UHGV virus genome: UHGV-0267017
DNA: 40,437 nt
DNA from: a virus
Direction: 5' to 3' (one strand)
The position numbers and the translations under genes are program-made. Positions 10,334 through 19,568 of the stretch are shown one piece after another. Below the pieces are notes generated by a model. The model had not been told where the DNA came from. It ran no database searches and saw nothing but the letters and a program-made list of their open reading frames with translations. Positions within the stretch are counted from its first letter, which is position 1; each line of letters starts with the position of its first letter.

Positions 10334-11338
10334 CTATCCCAGTTTGTGTTTAAATGCTACAATCCGAATCTGCTTCGACTCATAGACTGGATTCCAGTTT
10401 TTCGGGTCGGCCAGTTCAGTCCTGGATGGTCCCTCAGTTTTTGCGACAGAGGCACTGGTAAACGCGACGCCGCGAGGATGAAGTATACTGGTCCGTCTGT
10501 TAATCAGATAGTCCACGCCTGAGCCTTTGCGTTTCGCGCGGTCAGTCTCAGTCGGCACAAATCCTACCGGGTTACCATTACCTAAGGCCACGGCCCCATT
10601 GCCAAACAGGTATGTCGTATATACACCGCCTGCAACTGGGCATCCGTCATCCACAATGACACGCTTTCCCTGGTAGGTACCAAAGGCAACGTCATTAGAT
10701 GGCTGTACCGTATCAATCAGGTTCTGCTTCTTCAAATACGCCTCCGTAGCGCTGTGCATGCAGATACCAGTCAGCTGCGCCTTGGCATCTCCGAGTTTCT
10801 GTTCCGCGTCAATGAATGCACCACCGCTCCAATTTGCCGCTGCTCCAGATTTTCCCGAGATATCCAGAAGGTTACTTTCCAGCCTTGTTTTTGCGGGCGG
10901 TGTGCCAGAATCTCCTGCTGGTACGGTCCCGAAAATACCATTCAAGATTGCAATCAGCTCTTTCTGCGTATCTCTGGCCCAGAACTGCGCCACCAGCGTA
11001 GCAATGGCTGCCATAGGGTCTGAACCTGCCAATGCCGCGGACAAATCTGTAGCACTCCACATCTTAGCGCGCCGGATAATGGCTGCCACATCCTTGTTGG
11101 AAGAAATCTTATTGTCTGTCAGGTCTCCCCCCTCAATCACCTGCTCGGATTCGCCTGTCAAGTCCTCGAAGAATGGCATGTTGACAGTTGGGGCTGCCTG
11201 AGATGCAAGCGCGTCAAATTCGCTGTTATTTGCGATAATACCGCACTGTAAAAGCGCAGAAAGCTCCATTGTCCTGTTGATTACATAAGGATTAAAAAGT
11301 TCTGGGACAATAACGTCCTGTAAAGTTGTTCCTGGCAT
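10334..11338 (-). CDS. Major capsid protein
   Basis: 334 aa, follows the scaffold gene. Good RBS before the ATG. Confidence 0.65.
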   Translation of the reverse strand: MPGTTLQDVIVPELFNPYVINRTMELSALLQCGIIANNSEFDALASQAAPTVNMPFFEDLTGESEQVIEGGDLTDNKISSNKDVAAIIRRAKMWSATDLSAALAGSDPMAAIATLVAQFWARDTQKELIAILNGIFGTVPAGDSGTPPAKTRLESNLLDISGKSGAAANWSGGAFIDAEQKLGDAKAQLTGICMHSATEAYLKKQNLIDTVQPSNDVAFGTYQGKRVIVDDGCPVAGGVYTTYLFGNGAVALGNGNPVGFVPTETDRAKRKGSGVDYLINRRTSILHPRGVAFTSASVAKTEGPSRTELADPKNWNPVYESKQIRIVAFKHKLG

Positions 11339-11363
11339 TTAATTCACCTTTTCCTTTCATGTG

Positions 11364-11951
11364 TTAAATAGTTACGCCGGCAGCTGAGGCCAAAGCCTTC
11401 GCCTGCGCCGGATTTTCACGAAGCAGTTTTCCCTGCTCAGTGAGGTTAAAACTGTCTTTTGCAAACGGATTCTTGGAAGGAGGTGTCCCTCCGCCGGCCG
11501 GTTTGTAATCGGCCCCTGGTTCAGTCTTGAACAGGTGCGGGGATGACTCTTTCAGCGGCTTTACTACATCATCAATCCCAACCGGGTTCCCTTCCTTGTC
11601 AAACGTGAATTTATCAATTCCACCCTGTTTATAGATGATGTAATCCGCATCAACCACGCCCGCCTCTTTCAGCTTGTCTTTCAGGGCGTATTCCTTCCGG
11701 GTATTGGCTGCCGTTGCCTCCAGTATTGTTACCTTTTCCTTATACTCCTTAACCTGCTTCTGAAGCTCCTCGTTGTCCGCATTGCTCTTTTTCAAGGTAT
11801 CAATCGTGGTATTTGCCTCTTTCAGCTTCCCGTTTACCTCGTCAAACTGCTCCTTTGGTACAAACCCCTTAATGGTTTCATTCCAGATATCCATTACGGC
11901 CTGTGCCTGCTCCTCAGATAATCCTTTTGCTACTAATTCTTCTTTTTTCAT
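11364..11951 (-). CDS. Scaffolding protein
   Basis: 195 aa, highly charged (K/E-rich) predicted coiled coil immediately upstream of the capsid gene. Confidence 0.6.
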   Translation of the reverse strand: MKKEELVAKGLSEEQAQAVMDIWNETIKGFVPKEQFDEVNGKLKEANTTIDTLKKSNADNEELQKQVKEYKEKVTILEATAANTRKEYALKDKLKEAGVVDADYIIYKQGGIDKFTFDKEGNPVGIDDVVKPLKESSPHLFKTEPGADYKPAGGGTPPSKNPFAKDSFNLTEQGKLLRENPAQAKALASAAGVTI

Positions 11952-12072
11952 GTATTTACTCCTTCCGATTCATCTCCACTTGTTATCCCGGTCGTGTCCG
12001 GTGATGTCTCCCTCTTTATCGCCTGGGATACCAGGAAGGCGAAAAAATAACACCCAGGATAATCCTGCGTAC

Positions 12073-12258
12073 TTATACCTCGGTTATAGTCTGTATTTCT
12101 CTTGCCCTAATAAAAACGGCCTTCCCTTCTGGTGTATTGCATATAGCGAATCCAGGCTCCTCACAAACATCATTAGCCCACACAGCTAAATCATCTGGAC
12201 TTTTTTCAGTCTCAACCGTGATTTCCCTGTTCCCTGACAATCCAATTTTGTATAACAT
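12073..12258 (-). CDS. Hypothetical small phage protein
   Basis: 61-aa ORF between the head-morphogenesis and scaffold genes. Confidence 0.3.
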   Translation of the reverse strand: MLYKIGLSGNREITVETEKSPDDLAVWANDVCEEPGFAICNTPEGKAVFIRAREIQTITEV

Positions 12259-12290
12259 AATCTCCCTCCAATCCTACATGCTGTTGTTTA

Positions 12291-12497
12291 TCAATCTTCT
12301 ATATACTCACCCAGGCCTACAATGTCCCCCTTCCTGCACGCCAAGCGCAAACCACTCTTGCAGGTTATCACAATATACTCATTTAACCCTAGTACTTCAT
12401 TATCCAGAATCGCCATCATTTCTTCAAAGGAATTATCTACCTGCAAGGTATATCCATTGGACATGAAAATCTCAAGTCTCTTGGTTTCGGAATACAT
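12291..12497 (-). CDS. Hypothetical small phage protein
   Basis: 68-aa ORF between the head-morphogenesis and scaffold genes. Confidence 0.3.
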   Translation of the reverse strand: MYSETKRLEIFMSNGYTLQVDNSFEEMMAILDNEVLGLNEYIVITCKSGLRLACRKGDIVGLGEYIED

Positions 12498-12504
12498 TCT
12501 TGTT

Positions 12505-13521
12505 CTATGCCTCCTTTATAAATCGCGCTTTCCACTCTTTATATGTCATATCTGCCGGAACATCCACATACTTCCCAGTTCCAGGGTCCCTGGCCGCACG
12601 GGTCATGTCGGGCGTATCCATGTCATCATAGTACGGAAAATCTGTACATCTGCAAAAACAATGGAATGGTGGCATGTTCTTTCCCGCGACAGCCTTTTTC
12701 ACTTCATACACTTTTCCGTCTAAGTCCCCGCAGATATCGCATGTCTTGCTGTCCAATGTCGCCAATATCTGGTATTTCTCCACGCCATCTTCCTTGTACC
12801 CGGCATGCGTGGCTTCGTTTATCAAGAAAGAACTTTCTGTGTGGAGTAAACGATAGGCATCAAACTTCTTCGCGTTCATTTTCTTAGCAAAATCCGATGC
12901 CAACGTTTGAGGATTCTTCCCCTGCACCATCATAGTTGTAAGGGATTCCATCAACTGTGTTTGCAAATATTCCTTCTGTTTCCATAGCCGTGCTGAGAAA
13001 TTAGCACCATTAAACGGATACTTCAGCAGCTCTTCCACAGCCGCAGGGTCAACTTGTGCGAATGCTGAATGAAAACCCTTGTGCTGGTCGATGTTGTACC
13101 ATGTCCTATAATAGCTGTCGGCATATACCTCCTGCATCGTTTTCTCTCCGCTAGCCTGATAATCAATCGCATACAACTCGCGCAATAAGGCATCAATCTG
13201 CGCTTCCAGTGCCTGATATCGTGTAATCCTAGCCTTGATAGACATGTTGTTGACGGTCTGGCTATATTTCCCAATATTATCCATCGCAAGTGCTATAAAG
13301 TCTTTCAGTTCCCCCAACTCTTCTTTACTAAGCCTTACTTGCGCCGCTGCATAGGACAGCCCATTTTCTTCCGCGTACCGAAAGTAGAATGATTCTACGG
13401 TTTTCTGCAATTCGCGCCTTGTCTGGTTAAATGCCTTCTCCAGCTTAGTGAAATACTGGTTGACCTTCATTTCGCCGGCCTTATAGGTCTCAAGCTGCCG
13501 CTTTTCCCAATAATCCATCAC
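12505..13521 (-). CDS. Minor head / head morphogenesis protein (SPP1 gp7 / Mu F-like)
   Basis: 338 aa, overlaps the portal gene stop. Helical N-terminal region and a Cys-rich C-terminal motif (CDICGDLDG...FHCFCRC). Confidence 0.65.
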   Translation of the reverse strand: MMDYWEKRQLETYKAGEMKVNQYFTKLEKAFNQTRRELQKTVESFYFRYAEENGLSYAAAQVRLSKEELGELKDFIALAMDNIGKYSQTVNNMSIKARITRYQALEAQIDALLRELYAIDYQASGEKTMQEVYADSYYRTWYNIDQHKGFHSAFAQVDPAAVEELLKYPFNGANFSARLWKQKEYLQTQLMESLTTMMVQGKNPQTLASDFAKKMNAKKFDAYRLLHTESSFLINEATHAGYKEDGVEKYQILATLDSKTCDICGDLDGKVYEVKKAVAGKNMPPFHCFCRCTDFPYYDDMDTPDMTRAARDPGTGKYVDVPADMTYKEWKARFIKEA

Positions 13522-14939
13522 TCATCACCGCCCTGTTCTTCGCCATCCGGAGACTTTTGCGGAAACATATCGGATATTTCTTTTTTGCCATCTTCCTCCT
13601 GTTTTTGAAATGCCTTCCAGCTTCGTTCAAAATCCTCCACCCACGGATGTTTGCGCACAATATCCTCATCCGCAATCACACCCTTGCTCTGGGACGCAAT
13701 CTGTGCCTCCTCCAGGTCGTTCTTGACACTGGTCCTGGTCCAAGTCTGGATGATGGTGTCATCCTTGATTGGTATGCCCATTACCCGGCAGGCACAACGG
13801 ATGAACCGGCCAAAGCCTATCTTAAATTCCGTCTCCATAAGCCCCGCCTTGAGTTCCAGCAGGGAATACAAAAATCCCAGGGCCACGCCTGAACTGTTCC
13901 CAAAGTTCTGAGGGTCCGGGTCTATGCCCTGCCCCTGCTCAAAAATGCACTTCCGGGTCGTTGTCAGCAATTCCTTTCGTGCTTCCACTGGAAGTTCTAT
14001 GGTCAGCGTGGATACACCTGACTCATCTTCCGTCCCTTCGCTTTCGATTTGAATTGCCTTGTAGTCCTTAAGCTCCCGCAGGAACTGTCCTAAATCTTCC
14101 CCGCCGTAATTCGTAAGAACAAAAATGACTTCCTGAATATCTTCCAGGTCATTAACAAAACCGCTGAATACCCCGCAGTATACATCAATCAGGGGCTTGA
14201 TATCGTCCAGATCGCCTGTCCCTGTGTTATTATTGAAGAATGGGAAAAATGGCACCTCTCCAATATCGTGAGGAAATTGGCTGACCAGATTTGAATTACC
14301 ATCCGCGTCAATCAATGTGAAGGAGTGGTATGGCATCAGTCCATCATCCACACTGCTTCCAGCCTGTACTGCATAAGCCTGGCATTCCCTGTCGTTCCAA
14401 TATTCATATACATCCAGTTCTTCTCCCTCATCATTGATATCATGATAACAGCGGAGCACGCCCTTTAACTCTCTCTCCAGACTTTTGCCCCATACCGGTA
14501 TGACCTCTCCCGGCGGAACCACTGCATACTTATATCCCTTTGAGGCCTTATCCTTCCACAGATGTATCCATCCTACCGATGCGTTAGAGGCATCCACACA
14601 TAGGTCTTTACAGGTCTTTGCATATTTATCCCCCAAAAACGCGGTAAGGGCCTTATTGGCTGATTTGTCTCCAAGGTCGAACAATGGAGGAGCCGTAAAC
14701 ATGTAGGATGCCTTTTGGTTCACTAAGAGACCATGGAAGTTGAATGGGATCCGGTTGTCCGCATTACGGAGCGGGTTTTCCCCTATGTCTGACTCCTTCT
14801 TTTTAAGCGGCTTCATCAGGATGTCCGTCTTGTTTCGGTAATACCGTTTCGCAGTCTCCGCTCGCATCAGGAAGTCTCCATGCCCTGCCATATGTTTCTT
14901 AATCAGTTTTTTCATTGCTTCCAGTTCCATGCTGCTCAC
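13518..14939 (-). CDS. Portal protein
   Basis: 473 aa, directly downstream of TerL. Acidic C-terminal tail. Confidence 0.75.
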   Translation of the reverse strand: MSSMELEAMKKLIKKHMAGHGDFLMRAETAKRYYRNKTDILMKPLKKKESDIGENPLRNADNRIPFNFHGLLVNQKASYMFTAPPLFDLGDKSANKALTAFLGDKYAKTCKDLCVDASNASVGWIHLWKDKASKGYKYAVVPPGEVIPVWGKSLERELKGVLRCYHDINDEGEELDVYEYWNDRECQAYAVQAGSSVDDGLMPYHSFTLIDADGNSNLVSQFPHDIGEVPFFPFFNNNTGTGDLDDIKPLIDVYCGVFSGFVNDLEDIQEVIFVLTNYGGEDLGQFLRELKDYKAIQIESEGTEDESGVSTLTIELPVEARKELLTTTRKCIFEQGQGIDPDPQNFGNSSGVALGFLYSLLELKAGLMETEFKIGFGRFIRCACRVMGIPIKDDTIIQTWTRTSVKNDLEEAQIASQSKGVIADEDIVRKHPWVEDFERSWKAFQKQEEDGKKEISDMFPQKSPDGEEQGGDE

Positions 14940-14941
14940 CT

Positions 14942-16249
14942 CTATTTCATAATTTTCATTCCACTACCCTTGAGGTCTGATACCTCATAATCATCCAGTC
15001 CATACCAGATAGCGGATAGTGTATGGGGGTCAATATTGAATTCATCCTCAATGATTTCCCCATCCTTATCCACGGCAAATGTCAATTCCTTCAGCTCATT
15101 GATGATGTTCTGGCACCGCTCTGAGCATACAATACTCCTGAACCGCTTGACCTTTTTGGTGTACGCCTCCCGGGACCCCTGGAACTTCTTGCAGGGCCGC
15201 ATCCGGAATCCCTGTTGTTTGTAATATCGGATTGCCTTTGGTTCTGCGCAGTCAGCCTTTATAAGTATGCCTTTCCATTTCTCTATGTCCTGCGCAATCT
15301 CCGGGTCTGTCTTATCTCTGGAATAATATTCGTCATACAGATAAAGAATTTTATTATCGTGGTCTATCATCATTCGTACCACAGCATTGTAGGAGGTCAC
15401 GAAACCAAAGTCCATTCCGTTCTTTTCAATCGGATTGCTAATCCCCTTCATGCATTCAGCAATTTCTCTTTCGGTACGTACTTCAAACTGCGGGAACACC
15501 AGCCTTCCGTTAATACCAAAGCGCCCTTTCCTGGCCACCCGGTACAAGTCTGGATCATGCTGCTGCAACTCGTCCAGCTGCTCGATGTAATCCGCCGGTA
15601 CAAAGTAGTTGTCATCCACAGTGCTGTGGTGATAGTACACGTTTCCGATTACAATAACGCGTTTCTGATATAGCTCCTCATCATCCAACACCTGATAGCC
15701 GGCTGCCTTGTCCTGGAAAAAATACTTGTAAACCCAGTTCCCCTTACTCACGGGGTTTGTTGATAGGATGATATGGTTACTGAGGGTCGGATGACGGAGA
15801 CGTCCCAGAATCTCCTTGAATCCCGCATACTTGACTTCGGAACACTCCTCTATCCAGACGATACTGACACCATTCAGGGATTTCAGCTTTGCCGGCTTAT
15901 CCATGCCTTTGAAGATGATGCGGCTGCCGTTCCTAAAGCGCACCTGCATCGGGGACGTGGTAAACGTGATATAGTCCGTCACCTCCATGGCCTCCGCCAC
16001 TTCCATCAGAAGGTCGTAGCAGGAATCCCGGATGGTATCGAATACCTCGCGGACCACCAGGGCCTTGCGTTTTTCCTCCAGCAGCTTCTTAATCAGCTTC
16101 ACGGCAATATGGTAGCTCTTAGAACTGCCATAACCGCCAACAGTCAGATATATCTTATGGTCCCAGTCATGGACGAAATCAAAGAAATGGTCATTCAGAG
16201 AAAATTCTACCTGCTTGGTCTCAGCAATCTTAACTTCCATACTTTTCAC
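14942..16249 (-). CDS. Terminase large subunit (PBSX XtmB-like)
   Basis: 435 aa. Walker A-like [10 protein letters not shown] near the N-terminus, acidic nuclease-type C-terminal half. Overlaps the TerS stop. Confidence 0.85.
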   Translation of the reverse strand: MKSMEVKIAETKQVEFSLNDHFFDFVHDWDHKIYLTVGGYGSSKSYHIAVKLIKKLLEEKRKALVVREVFDTIRDSCYDLLMEVAEAMEVTDYITFTTSPMQVRFRNGSRIIFKGMDKPAKLKSLNGVSIVWIEECSEVKYAGFKEILGRLRHPTLSNHIILSTNPVSKGNWVYKYFFQDKAAGYQVLDDEELYQKRVIVIGNVYYHHSTVDDNYFVPADYIEQLDELQQHDPDLYRVARKGRFGINGRLVFPQFEVRTEREIAECMKGISNPIEKNGMDFGFVTSYNAVVRMMIDHDNKILYLYDEYYSRDKTDPEIAQDIEKWKGILIKADCAEPKAIRYYKQQGFRMRPCKKFQGSREAYTKKVKRFRSIVCSERCQNIINELKELTFAVDKDGEIIEDEFNIDPHTLSAIWYGLDDYEVSDLKGSGMKIMK

Positions 16250-16937
16250 CCGCTTTCTTGAATGTTATCTGGATCGGCTTTTCTTCGTCCTTCTCAACCT
16301 GGGACTTCAGAACTGCAATCCGCGCCTTCTGCTCCTCACTGGCCAGCTCCCAGTTTTTATGCAGCAGCTCATCATACTGTTTGATAAGCCCCTCCAGCGT
16401 TTTCTGGGCTCTGGCCTGCGCCTGCAGGAAATTGCCATGCTTATCCCAGGCCTGCTGTACCTCCCAGCGCTCCTCCGTGACCGTCTCCCCATCCTTATGG
16501 CCTATCTTAGTGATGGTCACATCCTTCTGGTCCCTCACATACATGATGGACTGCGCCCGGATGATTGCAGCATACGCAATCTGCACCTGGTCCCATAGGA
16601 TGTCCAGCGGGTCTGTGGGCATCTCCTGGATAATGGAAACGGTCTCCTCAGGCAAGTACTTGCTGAAGAAACCGTATTTTTCTGCGTTCTTATTCTGTTT
16701 TGGAGCCCCATGGCCAACAGCATTTTGATTACCCGCAGGAGCTCCTTTATGATTAGTAACGTTACCTTTCGCATTTGGTAACGTTACTTTATCCCACTTG
16801 TCTTGATTTTTCCATTTACGAATCTGTTCTTCTGATACCTGCAACTCAGCAGCTATGTCTTTCAACTGGCGTTTCCGTCCACTGTCCAGCCATAGCTGCA
16901 GCGCTTTGTCCCTGTTAGGGCTCCTGGGTCTTGGCAT
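16230..16937 (-). CDS. Terminase small subunit with N-terminal HTH
   Basis: The track ORF starts at GTG 16946. The likely true start is ATG 16937, preceded by [42 protein letters not shown] is an HTH. Confidence 0.7.
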   Translation of the reverse strand: MPRPRSPNRDKALQLWLDSGRKRQLKDIAAELQVSEEQIRKWKNQDKWDKVTLPNAKGNVTNHKGAPAGNQNAVGHGAPKQNKNAEKYGFFSKYLPEETVSIIQEMPTDPLDILWDQVQIAYAAIIRAQSIMYVRDQKDVTITKIGHKDGETVTEERWEVQQAWDKHGNFLQAQARAQKTLEGLIKQYDELLHKNWELASEEQKARIAVLKSQVEKDEEKPIQITFKKAGEKYGS

Positions 16938-17019
16938 AATCACCACCTCTTGTCATGGCATAATAAAAGCACCTGCAGGTATCCGCAGATGCAAAAACTT
17001 ATAAATGTACATATTTTGC

Positions 17020-17048
17020 TTGACATATACGTACGTATATGCTATAAT
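17020..17048 (+). promoter_or_regulatory. Consensus sigma-A promoter with a palindromic operator in its spacer
   Basis: TTGACA (17020-17025), a 17-nt spacer, then TATAAT (17043-17048). The spacer is the perfect 16-bp palindrome ATATACGTACGTATAT (17025-17040). AGGAGGTG RBS at 17061. Confidence 0.6.
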
Positions 17049-17073
17049 TAAATCATAGAAAGGAGGTGAACAC

Positions 17074-17193
17074 ATGAAAGACTTACCAAAGAAAATCAAA
17101 AAGCTCAACAAGTTGTGCGACCAACTCATTGAGCTACTGGTAAAAGCATACATCATCCTACTGGTGATTGAAGCACTTACCAAAATCGTTTAG
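17074..17193 (+). CDS. 39-aa small hydrophobic peptide (candidate type I toxin-like or membrane peptide)
   Basis: MKDLPKKIKKLNKLCDQLIELLVKAYIILLVIEALTKIV, a basic N-terminus then a hydrophobic helix. It is below the ORF-track cutoff. It has a perfect promoter and RBS upstream and a hairpin terminator downstream. Confidence 0.45.
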   Translation: MKDLPKKIKKLNKLCDQLIELLVKAYIILLVIEALTKIV

Positions 17194-17198
17194 GGATT

Positions 17199-17221
17199 GG
17201 GGCGCGAGCCCCTTTCCTTCC
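17199..17221 (+). terminator. Intrinsic terminator-like hairpin after the 39-aa ORF
   Basis: GGGGC-GCGA-GCCCC stem-loop followed by TTTCCTTCC, starting 6 nt after the stop codon. Confidence 0.4.
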
Positions 17222-17379
17222 AACAATATTATACCACAAGTCTTTCATGATAACAATGCTCAAAAAGAAGCCAATATTAGGCAGTATCCTTTTAGCATCA
17301 AAACTGCTGGTAATTATAATACTTTTGTATTTAATCATCAGCAGTACCATCCAATTTATCAAATATTAGGAGGCCCTAC

Positions 17380-17571
17380 ATGTCTGAAGATAAGAAATAT
17401 ACATCTCAGCAAAAGCATCTACGCACTAAGTATGTCCGTTTTCCTCTTGACTTGAAACCAGAGGTCCTGGATGCATTCAAGGCCAAATGCGACATAATGG
17501 GAACTACTCCCACAACTGAAATAAAAAAATTCATAAACAACTTTATTTCGGAGGATGAGGCGGCCGATTAG
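17380..17571 (+). CDS. Ribbon-helix-helix (Arc/MetJ/CopG-like) DNA-binding protein
   Basis: 63 aa. KYVRFPLDL (beta strand), PEVLDAFKAKCDIMG and TPTTEIKKFINNFI (two helices) give the RHH pattern. AGGAGG sits 6 nt upstream of the ATG. Confidence 0.55.
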   Translation: MSEDKKYTSQQKHLRTKYVRFPLDLKPEVLDAFKAKCDIMGTTPTTEIKKFINNFISEDEAAD

Positions 17572-17852
17572 GCTGCCTTTTCTTTGTTTGTTTTGGGGTA
17601 TGGGAAAGAGCCGCCCGGAGGTAGCTCCTTAAACATATCTATACAAGTCAACATATAATTAGACACCTTATTTTTATTAAAAACGTTTTATCATATTTGC
17701 ATAATCGCTCTGCTCTGTATCCATAATATTTTTCATTCATATAATCATACTTTTTTCACTTAAAACTCACATCTATTCATTTTGCTGTGTGCCCATGTTT
17801 TTCCATTGTATATTAGTCTATGATAAAAATTTGTCACTTTCTAAATATAAGG

Positions 17853-18473
17853 CTATTTATTATCTTCCTCAAGGCTCTGCTTTACTATTAACGTTTTAGT
17901 ATACTCCAATAATTCCGAAAAATGTTTTTGATTTAATTCTTTACAACATACAAAAAATTGCCTATATTTTTCTTCCTGTTCTGAAACATTTCTCTTTTCA
18001 GAAATAAAAAGCCATTTTACTAGGTTTAAGATGGATTTAGTTATATCAATAAGAATAATTAATATGATTGTAAATCCACTGAAAAATGTATATGTAACAA
18101 TTTTAAATTTTTCAAAAAAAGGAGGCATTACTATCTGATGTATCAATGGCTCTAGAGCGGCTATTACCCACATAATGATAACTATTATAAGAATCGCAAA
18201 AACATTTTCGCACATTTCTTTTAAAATAGGATAACACCTAATCTCTATTCCATGTTTATCCTCACTCTTTTCTTTATATCTATCAATAACAGTAAAGAAG
18301 ATTGCAGTTATCGCAAGCACAATACCTAAAATATCAATTGAGCTAGAAAATATTAAATTAGAATTAATTATTGCATTATTTGAGTAATCATAATTTTTGC
18401 ATGCCAAAAATACAACCATAAGAATTAACCCCAATTTAATTATTACTTTCTTCATTATTCTCATCCTTTTCAT
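17853..18473 (-). CDS. 4-TM membrane protein, second gene of the AT-rich cassette (candidate effector)
   Basis: 206 aa with four hydrophobic helices (VIIKLGLILMVVFLAC, ILGIVLAITAIFFTVI, VFAILIIVIIMWVIAAL, FFSGFTIILIILIDI) and a charged C-terminal tail. Local GC is about 28% against about 50% in the flanks. It overlaps the upstream gene by 18-38 nt. Alternative starts lie at 18464 and 18455. Confidence 0.6.
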   Translation of the reverse strand: MKRMRIMKKVIIKLGLILMVVFLACKNYDYSNNAIINSNLIFSSSIDILGIVLAITAIFFTVIDRYKEKSEDKHGIEIRCYPILKEMCENVFAILIIVIIMWVIAALEPLIHQIVMPPFFEKFKIVTYTFFSGFTIILIILIDITKSILNLVKWLFISEKRNVSEQEEKYRQFFVCCKELNQKHFSELLEYTKTLIVKQSLEEDNK

Positions 18474-19350
18474 GATTATAACTCTCTAGGGCATCTAAAT
18501 GTGCAAATGCAATTCTTATATCCTCTTTTTGAGCTTCTGTAAGCGTAAACATATCCATATCTAACGGATAGGTAATAGCTTGGTCTTCACTTTCTATTGC
18601 TTTTCGTTGTGTATTTATCTTAATTTTCCAACTGCCACAACCGTTTGCAATGTATTCAAGAATATCTTTTAAAAAATGGCTCTTGGGCGATATATTCAAC
18701 TTTCCTCTACTATTAGTAAATTTTAAAACAATAGAATCATTATTAAGCTCATCTCGAAACTCTTTTAGCATTTTAGTAGTACTGTACGATTGACCTAAAA
18801 AATTTGGTGAAATCAAAGTCAACTCCACAAAACGTATCTCACCTGTATTGTGAAACACAGAATCCCAAAAACTATTTTTATTTGTTATTAGCTCTAATTG
18901 TAAAGATACCTGAAATTTTTTTAATTGAGACGAAATAACCTTAGCAATAGAATTTTTCAATGTAGAGATATTTGATGTAATTTGACTATTTCTACTAATC
19001 AAAAAAATTTGTTTTTCTAAATCTATTATTAAAAGGCACCAAGGATAATCTTCAACCATAGTTAACTCTATATCTGATATTGTTGGTTGATTTAATGTAC
19101 GCTCTGTCTTTTTCGCAAATTTAAATAGATATCTTGTATCAGATATGGTTCCATTATAGTAAATAATAAATTTATCATTTCCAATTGGTACTTCAATACG
19201 TATTTCTTCTATCAACTTGCTAATAAAAGCTTTAAAAATTTCTTCTTTCGTCTGTGGATTCAGTATATCATTTATATGCATCTGGTTTTCTTTAAATAGA
19301 CTATAACGAGCAGTAAAATAATCCACTTTTCTGGAACCCTTATCTTCCAT
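18436..19350 (-). CDS. 304-aa soluble protein of unknown function, first gene of the AT-rich cassette (candidate sensor)
   Basis: ATG at 19350 preceded by GGGGGA with 6-nt spacing. I recognise no family. AT-rich, acidic C-terminus. Confidence 0.6.
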   Translation of the reverse strand: MEDKGSRKVDYFTARYSLFKENQMHINDILNPQTKEEIFKAFISKLIEEIRIEVPIGNDKFIIYYNGTISDTRYLFKFAKKTERTLNQPTISDIELTMVEDYPWCLLIIDLEKQIFLISRNSQITSNISTLKNSIAKVISSQLKKFQVSLQLELITNKNSFWDSVFHNTGEIRFVELTLISPNFLGQSYSTTKMLKEFRDELNNDSIVLKFTNSRGKLNISPKSHFLKDILEYIANGCGSWKIKINTQRKAIESEDQAITYPLDMDMFTLTEAQKEDIRIAFAHLDALESYNHEKDENNEESNN

Positions 19351-19476
19351 TTTATGTCCCCCATTCGACGTTTTTCTTAATTATATCACACGCCGAATGG
19401 AAAGAATATACAAATATCCCCCTCCCAATTCCACAAATCTTACAAAAACACATCCACATTTTCTCTTCGTAATCAA

Positions 19477-19505
19477 ATTATAGAACGCACGTTCGATAAA
19501 GTCAA
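19477..19505 (-). promoter_or_regulatory. Consensus sigma-A promoter driving the AT-rich cassette
   Basis: Minus strand reads TTGACT, then the 17-nt spacer ttatcgaacgtgcgttc, then TATAAT. The spacer contains the palindrome GAACGtgCGTTC. It lies about 125 nt upstream of the 304-aa gene ATG. Confidence 0.55.
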
Positions 19506-19530
19506 ATTAGAATATTTAATGAATATAAGC

Positions 19531-19568
19531 TACTCATAATAAAAGGACATCCTATTCCTAGGATGCCC
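19531..19568 (-). terminator. Rho-independent terminator insulating the cassette from upstream late-activator transcription
   Basis: Minus strand reads GGGCATCCTAGGAATAGGATGTCC (9/10-bp stem, 4-nt loop) followed by UUUUAUUAU. Confidence 0.55.

Noticed and set aside
16953-17183. 76-aa minus-strand ORF across the terS/small-peptide divergent promoter region
   Set aside because: It overlaps the promoter, RBS and coding region of the well-supported plus-strand 39-aa unit. It has no RBS and its translation is low-complexity. Spurious.
17853-19350. Attempted to assign the two-gene cassette to Kiwa (KwaA/KwaB), Pycsar or CBASS
   Set aside because: Kiwa has the 4-TM gene first and a DUF4868 partner that I cannot recognise here. 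No nucleotidyl-cyclase GS...DxD motif is present for Pycsar/CBASS. It is left as an unassigned candidate rather than a named system.
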